64,000 bases of DNA from Heterodontus francisci (Eukaryota). The stretch is taken from assembly GCF_036365525.1 (NCBI RefSeq), contig NC_090404.1, positions 7,874,001 to 7,938,000 of the forward strand, given 5' to 3'. The notes below the pieces were generated by a model that worked only from the letters and a program-made list of their open reading frames with translations, was not told the origin of the DNA and did not search any database. A program made the translations under genes and the position numbers. Shown piece after piece: positions 10,865 through 23,985 of the stretch (its first letter is position 1; each line of letters starts with the position of its first letter).

Positions 10865-12749
10865 CTGCTTCTCTCTCCACAGATGCTGCCAGACTTGTTG
10901 CGTATTTCCGGCATTTCTTGTTTTTATTTAAATAAACCGTGTTGTTTCCTTTGTGTAAAACAGCAGAGAACCTGCATGGGAAATCTAGAGACCTATCTTC
11001 AATTCCCGAGCTATATTTCTTCTGTAAATATCTCGGAGATTCCCCGGGATACTGGATGTACCAGAACAGAGTTGGGGCAGGGTAGGTTGTCGAGTACCTA
11101 CAGTTGAAGTATTGTGCTCTGTCCTTCCAGAACCGTTAATTCAGACGAATTCTGGGATACCGAATCTCCGCCTTTCGTTTACTGTAATACAAAAGTAGAA
11201 TGTTTCAAAAGTCAGGGAGTGAATGTAAACCTTGAAACATAAACTGACCATTTAAACATAGGCTCACCGGGCAGCAAGACCAATATTATCAGTAAGGAAC
11301 ACCAGGAGTACATTGTGTCTGGTTTAGAGTTCCACAGAAAATAACAAAATGTTAAAGATATGTTGACCTTTCTAATCTGATATTAAAGATCAGGGACAGG
11401 CTTCACTCAACGGGAAACTGAGGGGAGTTTCACAGTAACAGGATTGGCCAGTCTCTTAGAACTGACGTTAGTTGGGCACCAAACAATGACAGTTGTAGAT
11501 TGTTACTCTCTTTGATTGTTTCTCTTTCTCTCTGACTTTCTCTGTGTCTCTGTCTCTTCGTCTCGGTGTCTGTCTGTCTGTCTCTTTCATTCGCTCTGCC
11601 ACTGTCTTCGGTGTTCCATGAAGGTGTGGCGTTTAGAAAATCTAACTTGTCTCATATTCTTTTCTCAACGAGTTCCCAACGCAAAGTAATGTAAAGTGTT
11701 CCATTAGTGCTCCATTAATGGTAGCAGTTAAGGTAGATAAAAGGTACGACTCGCAGCTCAGTCAATTTTTAAATATTAGAAGGTACATTTAAAATATCGC
11801 AGAGTATATTAGACAGTCGGGAATCAGGTGAAACTCTATTTCCTCTGTATATGACGCAGTACCTAAGTGTTGGAATGTGTAATGTTTCATATTGATTTCC
11901 CACGTTTCCCTTTCTAAAAGCACTGTCGATGTACTTACACCCCAAGGACTCTAGCGGTTCAAGAAGGCAGCTCACCAGCACCTTCTTAAGGGCAAGTAGG
12001 GATGGGCAATAAATGCTGGCCACATCCCCCGAAACGAATAAAAAAACATTGAACGCGCCTCATTCATCATTTATGTCTTGGATATTAAAATAAATAAAGT
12101 GAATAACCAAGATATAAATGAAGTTGGCATTAATTCCGTGTATATAGCTATCTGCAGTAAAGCATATAATACTGATACTAATAATTATAATAATCAATCT
12201 GTGACATAATTATTCAATAACAGCCAGAGGTAATTTTGAATTCAGTGATTTCCCGGCAGGCGCTGGCACATCGCTTTCCCCAACGCCGCTCCCGTTGCAT
12301 CAACCAATACAAACTGACATTACTTTTAGTATAAATTAACAAAAACTTCATTTTCACCTCTCAGTTTGATGCTCATTAATATTATGTCATTCACTTATTA
12401 TTTAACAATTTCAAACATTACTTAACTGTAAATGAGCTTGTCACCCCAAGTTTGCAGTTTCCCTTCCCACGTTGCCCTTCTTAACAGCACTGTGGATGCA
12501 CTTGCACCCCAAGGACTGCGGCGGTTCAAGAAGGCAGCTCAGGACCACCTTCAAAAGGTCAATTAGGGATGAGTAATAAACACTGGCGACGCCCATATCC
12601 TATGAACAAATTTTAAAAAATCTTGTTTCGAATTAAAATTCGGTATTGTTTGGAATTTTATGGAATTAACCGTTTTCACTCCCATAGTTTAATCCCAGCT
12701 CAGTAGTGAAAGGATTTTCGGCGAATGAAGTAACTCACTTTAATAAAGT

Positions 12750-13515
12750 ACCATATAACAAAATTGAGGCTCGTGGAATAAAGGGGTCAGAACCCAAATT
12801 GCACTTAAAAATTGGCTTAAGGACAGAAAACAGCGAATTGTGGTAAAGGGTTTTGGGGTCAGCGCGGGACCACTGCTTTTTTGTTAATATATGCACGACT
12901 TGGATCTTAGAATACAGTGTAGAATTTCAAAATTCGCCAATGATACCAAACTTGCAGCACTGGCAAACAGTGAGGATGATACAACCCGCCTGCAACAGTA
13001 TAGAACAGCAGAATGGGCAGACAAACGGCAGATAGCATTTAATACTGACACGTATGAGGTGATGTATTTTAGCAGAACGGATTGGGTCAGGCAATATAGC
13101 CATAATGGCGCATTTCTAAGGAGCGTACAGGAACAGAGGGACCTGGGGGTTCATGAGCATCGATCTTTAAAAGTAGCAGGGTATATTGACAGAATGGTTG
13201 GTAAAGCATATGGGATCTTGGGATTCAGAAGCAGAGGAATTGAGCACAAAAGCAGGGAAGTTATGCAGAACCTTTAAATAGCTCTGGCTAGGCCCCAACT
13301 AAAGTACTATGTCCAGTGCTGGCAGCCACACTTTAGGAAGGATTTGAGGGTCCTTGGGAGGGTGCAGAACAGATTTACCAGAGTCGTTCCAGGAATTGGG
13401 AGTTTTAGTTACAAAGTTAGAAAAAGCTAAGGTTGTTTTCCCTGGAGCAACTGAGGTAGAGGGAATATTTGACAAAGGTGTACATGGTTATGACAGACTT
13501 AGATAAGTTAGACAA
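12750..13515 (+). mobile_element. CR1-type LINE fragment
   Basis: ORF 12891-13277 with ISKFANDTKL and QRDLGVH. Confidence 0.8.
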
Positions 13516-14700
13516 GATGGCTTGATTCTGTCTTGTTGGAGATAGTCATTGCCTGGCACTTGTGTATGCAAATGTCACTTGCCACTTATCAGCCCAAGCC
13601 TGAATGTTGTCCAAGTCTTGTTGCATGTGGGCACAGATTTCTTTAGTATCTGAGGAGTTGAATGGTACTGAATACTGCAATCATCAGTGAACATCCCCAC
13701 TTCTGCCTTTAGGATGGAGGGAAGATCATTTATGAAGAAGCTGAAGACGTTTAGGCCTAGGACACAACCTGAGGAAATCTTGCAGCGATGCGCTGGGGCT
13801 GGGATGATTGGCCTCTAACGAGCACAGTCTTTGTACCAGATATGGCTAAAACCAGTAGACAGCTTTCCCCCTGATTCCCATTCACTTCAATTTTACTAGG
13901 GCTCTTATCTGCCACACTCGGTCAAATGCTGCCTTAATGTCACTGCCACATCGCCCGCGGAAATCACCTCCTTTGACTATGTTTGGATCCAGGCTCTGTG
14001 AGGTCTGGAACCGAGTGGCCCTGGCAGAACTCAAACGGAGCATCGGTGAGCAGGTTATTTCTGAGAAAGTGCCGCTTGAAAGCACTGTCAATGACACCTT
14101 CCATTACCTTGCTGATGATTGAGAAAGGACTGCTGGGGCGATAATTAATCAGATTGGCTGTGTCCTGTTTTTTATGGACAGGACATGCTTGTGCAATTTT
14201 CCACGTTGTCGGGCAGATGCTGGTAGCTTGGCTAGGGATGCGGCTAGTTCTGGAGCGCAAGTCTTCAGTACTTCTGCTGGGATGTTGCAAGAGCCTATAG
14301 CCTTTGCTGTACCAGTGCCTTCATCCATTTCTTGATATCAGGCGGAGTGAATCAAATTGGCAGAAGAATGGCTTCTGAGATGCTGGGGACCTCAGGACGA
14401 GGCTGAGATAAATCAGCCATTCGGCACTTTTGGCTGACGATGACTGTAAATATTTCAATTTTTTCTTTTGCGTTCTTGTGCTGGTCTTTTCCATCTTTGA
14501 GGATGTTTTTGGAGCCTCCTCCTCAGGTTATAACTGTTCACCACCATTCACGACTGGATGTGACAGGAATGCAGAGCTTTGATCTGATCTGTTTGTTGTG
14601 GGATTGCTTATCTCTGTCTATGGCATGCTGCTTCCGCTGTTTAGCACACATGTTGTTCTGTTTTGTAGCTTCGCCAGGTTTGTACCTCACTTTTATGTCT
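13515..14700 (-). mobile_element. LINE fragment of the same family as 5190-8780
   Basis: WKIAQACPVHKKQD...NYRP and DIKAAFDRVW; antiparallel similarity to about 6850-8100. Confidence 0.8.
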
Positions 14701-15919
14701 CCCCGGTTCAACAACATGGGTCGTTACCGGCTGGAAGGAAGTTGGGCTCGGTTGACTCAGTTCATGACTGGGCCATGGAGAGCTGCGGCTCCCACAATTC
14801 ACAAAGGCTGGGAAAAGCCCCTATCTGTGGCACAAGCTGCACATGCTCACATCCGCAACCGGTTTAAGCACAGCTTTTTATATACTCGCGAGGACCAAAC
14901 TATCGCTTTTGTAGATTAAGTTGTTATTTTGATGAAATTTGAAGTCAGTTTTCCTTTGAATTGAGTTTTCCTTTTAAATAACTGGCAAACATGAGGAATG
15001 TGTGACATCACACAAAATGGCGGACGCCAGTATGTTCTGTTGCGGATAATGCTCCAATGCTTTCTTTCAGTCACAGCACCGTGAGTGGATGCTTTCCCCC
15101 ATTGATTCATGGTCAGGGGGTCACGGGCTTCTCCAGCTTCCACTCAGCTCCTGTCACCCCTGACACTGGGCAGTGAGCGAAGGGATCAGTCCTTGCATCG
15201 TAAAAAGCCGTGCGCAAAGTGTTTCCCCGAGTCTGGGGAAAGGATAGAGACTGGGAGTCACAGTGATGGCGGCTAAAAATAAATGTAACTTAGAGGGCCG
15301 GGCGTCCCCGAATGATGACGGTGGGGGAGAAGCGGGAAGAGAGATTGGGCAGCGAAAGAGTTCAAACATCAACGCCACCCATTCCCAACTATCATGCCAA
15401 GCCCTTCAGAAGGAGCGTTCATGCAACCCTCCCTTACCCGAATGTGATACTCAGACACAGGAGACCTCGCGCCTGAATTCCAAGAGTTTACAAGAAAGCG
15501 GCTGAGCGTTAGAAGGAAAATGCCAGAAGATTCTCGGGTCTGAACAGAAACCTCGGGCGTTATTCCGGTGGTTGGGAGAGAAACTTCAAGTAGTGAAGGT
15601 TTGAAGCTCAGTGGCGGATCCCTGGGGTGATGTTCAGTGAATTTAGGGAGATGGTATCAGAGGAACTGGAGCAGGGGGAGAAGATCCCTGGTGTGATTGT
15701 CAGTGAGTTCAGGAAGATGGTATCAGAGGGAATGGAGCAGAACAGAGATTATCAGGGAAACTTGTGACAGAGGAGCAGGGGTAACGGGTAGAGCAGAAAA
15801 TGTAGAGGCAGATGGTCGGCATGTGCAGTACAGAAAAATGCAGAGTTTGTGCGTGTGTATGTTTGTGTCTGACAGAAGAGGTGGGTATTGTGGGTTGTGT
15901 GTAAGCAGAAAATGCAAAG

Positions 15920-16960
15920 ATAGAGTCATTGTATCAGATAGGCATCAGTCGCCTGGAATAATTGGTGCTCTCTGTTGCGACAGTTAGTCCTCAGGCTCTG
16001 GGAATGAACCCCGACAGTCGGCCTCCATCTTTGTCACATAGGCTTCTGGCTTTGGAAATCATTCCCAGAGGTTGTCCTCTCTGGTGTATTAGATAGGCCC
16101 CAGACTGTGGGATCATGCCTAGGGTCTGCGTTTCCTGTTGTGTCAGATGTCCCCCGGCTATTGAAATAATTCCCAGCTCTTGTGCTCGATGGCATATTTT
16201 GTCAGATATGCAGCAGTCTCTAGGAATCATTCCCAGGGTTTAAGCTGCCTCATGTGTCTGTCTATATGTGTATGTATATATCTAACTTGTGCTACGCCTG
16301 TCCTGGAACGTTTGATGCATCAGTGTAGAGGGAGCTTTACGATGTCTCTAATTCATGTTGGACCAATCCTGGGAGTGTTTGTTGGGACAGTATACAGGGA
16401 ACAGTACAGTGTATCTAATCCCAGCTGTGTCTGCCCTGGGAGTGCTTTGTGGGCTCGTGTAGAGGCAGCTTTACTCTGTCCCTAGCCCGTGCAGTCCTTG
16501 TCCTGGGAGTAGAACCATAGAAAAATTACAGCACAGGAGGTGGTCATTCAGCCTGTCGTGTCCGTGCTGGCCGTAAAAACTAGCCACCCAATCTAGCCTT
16601 GCAGGTTACAGCACTTCAGATACATGTCCAGGTACCTCTTAAAAGAATTAAGGGTTTCTGCCTCCACTTTAATTCCTGGCAGTGAATTCCAGACGCCCAC
16701 CACCCTCTGGGTAAAAAAGTTTTTCCTCATGTTCCCTCTAATCCTTCTGCCTTAAATCTGTGCCCCCTGCTAATTGACCTCTCCGATAGGGGAAACTGGC
16801 TCTTCCTGTGTACTCTATCTAGGCCTCTCATAACGTTTGAGTGCTTGATGGGATGACATAGAACGAGATTTGCTGTGTATCTAACCTGTGCCGTGCCCCC
16901 ACTTAAAAGGTTTGATGTGACACTATTCTTCCATTTGCTACACTGTATCAGGCTGTGTGG
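15920..16960. repeat. Degenerate minisatellite tracts (~55-60 nt units) with an inserted CR1 3' fragment (~16510-16835)
   Basis: Repeated tcagata..c...ggaatcattcccag units (15920-16250). Repeated tatctaa.ctgtg...cctgggagtg.ttg..gggacagtgtagag units (16260-16510), resuming at about 16836. Confidence 0.6.
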
Positions 16961-17116
16961 GAACAGAGTGTTGCTCTTGAATATAACCTGGCATGTGACT
17001 ATGACAGACCATAAGATGGGAGAAGTCAGTGAGGTGCTCCAGGTCGATGCGCGGCCAATCCGCCTCTGGGGATTGGCATAATGAGGCAGAGGGAAAGGTG
17101 TATTTACTCTGGTTTG

Positions 17117-17130
17117 CCACTAGATGGCGC
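17117..17130 (+). promoter_or_regulatory. CTCF-binding motif 3' of the IgM gene
   Basis: CCACTAGATGGCGC, a near-consensus CTCF core about 170 nt beyond the membrane-form poly(A) signal (tttatt at 17302-17307). Confidence 0.65.
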
Positions 17131-17732
17131 AGAGACTCCTTCACTGAAGGACCTTGGGTTCAAACACAAACCAGAGAGGACTGGTGAAAAATAGCTGCCA
17201 GGAAAGGGAGAAAACGTGTGTTAGGGAACATGGAACGGTGTGGATGAGCCTTGGGGCAAGGAATTCAGCATAATCCAAGTTCGTGTATTTCTTATTCAAG
17301 ATTTATTCACAATTTCAAAAGGAAAAGTTTACAGAAAACATTTTTTTAAAAAAGGTCCAAAATGAATACAACAACACTGAGTCTCATTGAGAACAGAACA
17401 CATGCGGTCTGAGCTGCCAGCTATCTGTAAAACTGTAACAGATCAGTGAGAGAAAACAGGGGCTCAACATAAAGGGATGGAAACAATTGCAAATAAGGAG
17501 TAGCTACTTATTTACTCATGAAGTTCAAACAACGATGAAACTCGAAGATACGTTTACATTATAGTCACGATTATCTCACACATTTCAAACAGAAAAACAG
17601 AAATGATGTCTATGATTTTCTCAGCTGCAGATTCGGAACCATAAACAGACGGCATTTTACTTTTGCAGTTTGTTTGGTAATTCAGAGATGCTAAAAAATG
17701 AGGAAAATCCAGGACGGTTAAAATTCAATTGA

Positions 17733-18012
17733 TCACTTGACCTGTAAAAGAGGGATAAGAGAATGAAGCAGAGATTTCGTGGTCTGGGACATTTATCTCA
17801 GAGTTTATTTCATCTACGAAACTTTTAGAGATTAGTTCAACAGCTTCAGTCAACTTGAAGTGTGAGTGGATTGAATCTTCTCACCTTCACCAGAGTGACG
17901 GCAGCACTGTAGAAAATACTCAGGAAGAACAGGATGATGAATGTGGAAGCGGTTGACCAGATGTTGCCGCTCTCTTCCTCATTGTCTTCAATCCAGATGT
18001 GGTCTGATGAAT
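17733..18012 (-). CDS. IGHM: IgM transmembrane exons TM1 (17885-18012) and TM2 (17733-17741)
   Basis: DSSDHIWIEDNEEESGNIWSTASTFIILFFLSIFYSAAVTLVK|VK-stop, with the CART motif and canonical GT/AG sites. Confidence 0.92.
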
Positions 18013-18619
18013 CTACGGAGATGTAGGTGAGGAAATGTATTTATATTGTTTATTTATCCAGGATATAAGATGGTTATTTTGCATTCACAGTTCTCGTCCC
18101 TAAGCCATTATTTTATTTTCTAATTTAATTTTCAATGTGTATTTATTGCTAATTTAATCACGTTCAGCAATCTATCTCTGTTACTAACTCCACAGCAGTG
18201 CTTCCTTTATGATCCTCGTCCAAACAGGGTTGGAAAATATTCCATTTTCTTTCTTCAGTGTCAGGCACTATTTTATTTTGGATCAATTTCGTTCTATCAT
18301 TAGGGACTTTATGGTTAGATATCGAGAGAGGTTTATTGATTGATATGAATTATTTCGAAGATGGGTTCAGGTAGTTACATATTTGGAGATTGTTGATGGT
18401 GCTGGGTAAGAGATTGGATGTGAGTTCCAATCTTGTTTGTTTACTTCTGCTGAAAGTGGTTGGGAAATCATTAATTTATCTCAGTTTCTAAGTGAGAATA
18501 TTACTTCATTGTGATTTCAGGTCCAACATGTATGAAGGAAAGTGATGGAGACGGTGTCTGTTCAAATAATCCATTTGAATTCTGCTTTCGTCGAGAGGCT
18601 GGCATTTTTGTTTCTGCAC

Positions 18620-19500
18620 TTTAGTGTTTGTGTATATGTGTATGAGTATTTTTTGCGTTGCAATACTCTGTGTTTGTGTCTCCGTGTGCGTGAATGTATA
18701 TTAAAGTGTGACTTTATTTGTTTGTTTGCGTACCCGAGCATGAGTGTGTTAATGTTCTTGTTTATATGTAGATGGCTCTGTGTATGTGTCCATGTATGTT
18801 AATTTGTGTTAATGTACCAATGTGCATTGATGTTTGTATTCAAGTGCCCGCCTGTATGTGCGTGTAGTGTGTGTTGTGTCTATCTGTCCATGTGCCTGTA
18901 TGAGCGTGTTAATATTTGTTTATATGTGTGTTTGTGTCCCCATCTGTTTGTGAATCTGTGTTTCTGTGTTGATAGATATGTTTATCTTTCCCTGTAAGTC
19001 AATGTGTATTCACGTGTCGTTGTTTTTAAGGGTCTGTTAATGTGCTAGTTTATGTCTTCTGGTCCCCCAAATGTGTGATAATGTGTGTTTTTATGTCTTG
19101 ATGTCTACATTTATGTATTAATGCGTGTATTAATGTGTGATTATGTGTACACGTGTGTTAATGTATGTGTTTATGTACGTGTTTGTATATCCGTGTGTGT
19201 GTGTCAGTTTCGTATTGTTGGCGTTCATTTGTGTGAGAGTGAATGTGTTATTGCGTCCATTTATCTATGTGTTTGTGAGTACGGTAGAGTCTGTTTATGT
19301 GCGAGTACGTGCATCCATGTGTGCATATCAATGTGTGTCCTAGTGTGTGCTTTTATGGCTATGTATCTCTGTACGTGAGACTGTGCGAAGATAAGTGCTT
19401 ATGTTTATGTTTGTACGTGTGACTGGAAGCCGTTAAATCAGAATTTGGGTCTGTTCGCGTGTGTAAGTGTATATGTGTGTGTTTGTGTCCGTGTGCCTGT
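18620..19500. repeat. Degenerate (TG)n-rich low-complexity tract in the CH4-TM intron
   Basis: Long TG/TA-rich run. The Cys/Val-rich ORFs here are artefacts of the repeat. Confidence 0.85.
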
Positions 19501-20548
19501 GCTTTTTTGTTAATTTTTCAAAGTTCCACAGTGAACCAATAACCGGGTGTGGCCTTCACGGGTTATATTGCAGAGAATATTCTTCACCGTCTGTGTATAA
19601 ATGTGTTCTGTGCGAGATGCAATATCACATCAGCTGAATGCATGAAGCAATACAACTGATGGGCCACAGAAACGTCAGAAACACAAGCGTAAAAAAACAG
19701 GAGGATTTTATCCCCAGTTAGATTTGGACTATTAACAGGGAAACGTTTAAAGATATTATGTTGCATGCATAGACATTTTGCAATATTATCCCCATGTGGA
19801 AAGCTTAAAATCTTCGCAGAGTGAGCTAGAAGCCGATTTTGAACTGATGGCAACTGAGTCCATCCAATAGAGAGCACTTGCCTTCCCATCTCTCTGCAGG
19901 GGGAGTGGGATTATAGTGGGTTAACAAGTGCCCTTCCTCCTTTCTCTGTTGTAGAAATTGGGGAGAGGGGCTACTGTCAGTCCATAATTGCCGTTGCCCT
20001 CTTTCTATTGAACACGTGGAGTTACAGTGGATTAACAGCTGCCCTTTTCCTGTTTCTGTTTATGAAGTGGAGGTACGGTGGGTTAATAAATTATCATTTG
20101 CCCTCGTTCTAATGGAGGACATGTGGTACACTTCGTATTTTTGTGTGGCCCTCACTTCAGTTCCCATGTGTGTAATGCTGCAACTTAAAACTGGCCCAAT
20201 TCTGAAGGGATGGACAACACGAGAAGCAGGCACAGTGAGATCTAAATATGCTGAGCCTGTTTGCTAGAAAAGGCAAAGATAATATTTTCCCCCAACGGGA
20301 GAAAGGTTGCTGAAGTTACTCTATGGAATCCGATAATAAATCAGCTTTCCTCTGTCTCTAACCTCTAGTGTTTCTGAGCTGGAAGCACTGGTTCTTCAAG
20401 ACTTGAAAATATCCTGCTTTAGATGAATAGATCTACGCTTAGAAAATCTGGGAAGCAAAATTAATTGAGCGGTTGTGTATTTAAATCGTGATTGGAGGAA
20501 ACGGTCTTTATTTTTTTATTTAAGAATTGAAATGCAATCGAGAGATTC

Positions 20549-20940
20549 TCATTGACATGAATTGACAGTGTCCAACAGAGCAAGGGAAATGTTCATAAAA
20601 CTCGGTTTACCACTGGATTTATTAACTGTTCTGTTGATGATCTTCAAGGGGATCGCTTCATGTCCCACCACACAGGAGTAAGAAGCGCCGCTGGCCCACT
20701 CCTCCGCTGCAATGGATAACAGGCTGTAGATGAAGTAGGAGCTATTGTCGTTCTCCGCCATCACCTCGGTGTTCTTGTAGTTTCCGGGATTCACCGACTT
20801 GTCATTGACGGTCCACTTGATGAAGATCTCCCGGGGGGAGAAACCTCTCACTAAGCAGGTGAGGGAGAGGAACTTCTGAACGGAGACGTCTTCTGCCGGG
20901 GACAGAAGGACAGACACGGATGGTTCCCGCAGATTTTTAA
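20549..20940 (-). CDS. IGHM: IgM CH4 with secretory tailpiece
   Basis: [13 protein letters not shown]...[10 protein letters not shown]...[11 protein letters not shown]...[24 protein letters not shown]-stop. Internal donor G|gtaaac at 20611/20610 for TM splicing. AATAAA at 20507-20520. Confidence 0.95.
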
Positions 20941-21439
20941 CTGCAGAAAAATTATAATAAATGTCAATAAACTGGAGAATTCCAGAACCAATGAAACCGA
21001 TGGTTAGATATGAGAGTAGTGGGCTTTGCGCTGAATTTTAATGGTTTTCCTTTTCCCCTCTGGGTTCAGCCCTGTTTTCCAGCCTGGAGCAGAGGCGGAT
21101 GCAATCCTCCTCGCTGAGAACTTAAAGGATTAGACGGCAAAATTACATCGAATTTACAGCACAGAAACAGGCCATTCCCCCCAACTAGCCTGTGCTGGTG
21201 TTTATGCTGCCGCCGAACCTCTTCCCACCTTATTTCATCTCTTTCGATTACTTTCTCCATCATCTACTTATTGGGCTTCCACTTAAAAGCATCATCTATG
21301 ATTTCAGAGAGTTTTGTTAATGAATTACAAGTAAATTCTCAGAATAATCCGTCAGACCACTTGATAGGAAGATTTGTCCCTTTCACAAACACCGGAAGTA
21401 GCACAACCTCTCACTTGTAGCTTCAATCTCACCGCTCAC

Positions 21440-21748
21440 CTTCTTCCTTGTGGATGGAATCTCTGAGAGGAGTCGGCAGATCCTGATGGCTCACCACACT
21501 GTAGAACTCAACCCCACTCAGCCAGGATTGTGTCGAGATGTTTACAGTGCTGATCACACTGTCGGGATCCTCTCCGGGTTGGATGGCAACTTCTGATTTC
21601 AAAGGCTTCTTTTCTTGTGTCCAGGCCACGTTGACTCCATAAGGAGCATTAGACACGACGCAGGTTAAGGTCACCGTCGTCTCCAGTAAGACCTGTTCTA
21701 TTGATGGTGGCAGTAGTTTAATTACTGGGTCACTGCAAGGGGAACGAT
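21440..21748 (-). CDS. IGHM: IgM CH3 (second canonical Cys replaced by Ser)
   Basis: [34 protein letters not shown]...W...[23 protein letters not shown], phase-1 splice sites. Confidence 0.93.
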
Positions 21749-22264
21749 CTGTGAAACAGAAATTAAAGTCAACCAAAGCTTCATCTTCAGAATTAGGACA
21801 GCAGTATTCACCCTTCCCTTTCTTCAGGAAAGTTTTAAAAAAATTTGTTTCAACAACAACGTTCATTGGAAGGGCAACGATTTGTAAAAGCTTCTGGGAG
21901 ATCTAGGTTCATTCCCGCCGGATCGAATCTCCGCTGAATATAATGGCTCTGTCACCCAAGGGCATAAGCTAGACATGTAATATATTCAGGCTGAAAACGA
22001 GTGTGAAATAAATTCCCGAATTTTAGGCCCAACAGGAAACAAAGTTAATTTCTGGTGTCTTGTCACGATATTTGGGGAGTTGAAAATGTACCGGAACCAG
22101 TCAGAGGAGGGGTGAAGTGTCGGGGAAAATGCAGTTGCAAGGGGCCTTTTCTGGTGGAGAATAATTTGCAATAATGGTATAAGCTGGTTTGCTAATATCT
22201 GTCATGAGTGAGAACTCCTCGGATGTCAGTCTGGAGTCAGAAGGCGATCTGACCAGAGGGAAGT

Positions 22265-22810
22265 AATAGAAACATAGGAAAAAGAGTAGGTCATTCAGCC
22301 CCTCGAGCCTGTTCCGCTATTCAACCAGACGATAGCTGAACTGTACCTTAATGCCGTCTACCCATATGTAACCCTTAATACCCTTGCCTAACTTAAATCT
22401 ATCAATCGCAACATTGAAAGTTTCAATTGATGCCAAGCCTCAACAGCGAGTTGGGGGAGAGAATTCCAGATGTTTACTACCCACTGTGTGAAGAGCTCCT
22501 TCCTGATATCATCCCTAAATGAACCTGATCCAATATGAAGGCTGTGCCCCTTGTTCTGGAGCCCACGCTAGAGGAAATATTTAGTTCCATCGACTCCATC
22601 AATTCCAGTAAATATCTTAAACAGCTCAACTAGATTCCCCTGTAATTTGCTGTACTCAAAGGGATGCTAGTTTGGTCTGTAAAACCTGTCCTCTTCATTT
22701 AACCCGTTCAGCCCCCGATCATTCAAATGAATTTGTTGTTGCGCCAGTTCCAGAACCAATATATTCTTCCTGAGCTCCGAAATCCAGACGTGAACACAGT
22801 TTTCTAAGTA
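22265..22810 (-). mobile_element. Old CR1 3' fragment in the CH2-CH3 intron
   Basis: Resembles the CR1 3' end at about 53830-54400 (gagaattcc...actac...tgtgtgaag). Confidence 0.55.
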
Positions 22811-23155
22811 GGGTAGATGCTGTTTCCACTTGATCCAGAGGCTGTGACGAGGAAATGCTTCCAGACACCTATTTCCGCTCCGAATATGATCAGCCAACTC
22901 AGGATAAACCTGATATCAAGGCCACCTCACTCACTATGTGACATCAAAGCTAAGGGAAATCTTCTTTGGTGACGTGATGACATGTTGAACAGTGAGCAAT
23001 CCTAATTCGAAACTCACAATGGAATGAAGCAAAAAACCAACATGATGTTAAATTAGAAATTATTCTGTGCTTTATGCAAGTTCCAGTAAATTCCTGTCTT
23101 TGATTAACATCGGAGCGCAGACTGATCTGCAGCTTCCTCAGTTTGCGTTTCTTAC

Positions 23156-23473
23156 CCTGAGATCCGGTGATGTTTCGGCTTTGGGTGACCCCTTGATGGG
23201 AGACCTGGCAGTTATAGACTGTGTTGGTGAACCATTCCTCAGTGGGGACTGTCAGCCGGCTGGTCGCTGAGTAGGTACCGTTCACTTCACAGGCGGGAGA
23301 GGTGACGAAGCCCGAATCCATGGGTTGTCCATCCTTCAACCAACTCACGGTTATTGACTCTGGATGGAAATCGATGATTGAACACACGACAGTTGCAAAT
23401 CTGCTGCTTGTGATTTCTTCACTGGAACTCTGGGTGAGGATAACAGTTGGATGGACGATGTCACTTCTACCAT
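23156..23473 (-). CDS. IGHM: IgM CH2
   Basis: [49 protein letters not shown]...[20 protein letters not shown], phase-1 splice sites. Confidence 0.95.
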
Positions 23474-23685
23474 CTTGAAGAAACACATGTTAGACATTTA
23501 TTGCAGAAGAAATTAATAAGAAATGCAAACTGTTCTAATATCTTTATGGGTTCTTTGCTGTCAAGCTGACACTAACTGGAGTTTCCAAGGATCAAAACTT
23601 TGCACAGTGCTCGAAATCTGGTATAGCCAAGGCTCTACAGAAGATAATTATCTCTTCTGTTTTTCACAGTTTCCAAAACACTAAC

Positions 23686-23985
23686 CTGGAATTTCTTTGA
23701 TCCAGAGCGACTCTCCGCGTCGAACCTCGCAGTAGATTTTGCTGCTTCCCACCTCTGACTCGGTGATGGTTAACAGGCTGCTCAGGGTGTAGGTTCCCTT
23801 CTTGTTCAGCACTGACGGGTAAGTCTTCACTCCAGTGGTGATCGGCTCTTTATCTTTCTTCCAGGAAACGCTGGTGATTTCGGGGATGTAGTCCATCGCC
23901 AAACAGCCATAGGTCACGGAGCCACCGGTGTTGGGTTGTTCACAGGAGGAGATCAGGGCATAGAGGGTGGGGGGAGACGGTGTCT
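23686..23985 (-). CDS. IGHM: IgM CH1
   Basis: [45 protein letters not shown]...[17 protein letters not shown]. The light-chain-bonding SSC cysteine is retained. Confidence 0.95.

Noticed and set aside
10070-16960. Tandem repeat tracts as CRISPR-like or switch-region arrays
   Set aside because: Vertebrate DNA with degenerate units and no unique spacers. They lie 3' of C-mu, not in the J-C intron.
18542-19378. Cys/Val-rich ORFs
   Set aside because: Translations of a degenerate TG microsatellite.
20549-23985. Constant exons as IgW or IgNAR
   Set aside because: Four CH domains with the GKPSF.NISLAL.DT.NSCQ tailpiece and the IgM-type TM identify IgM.
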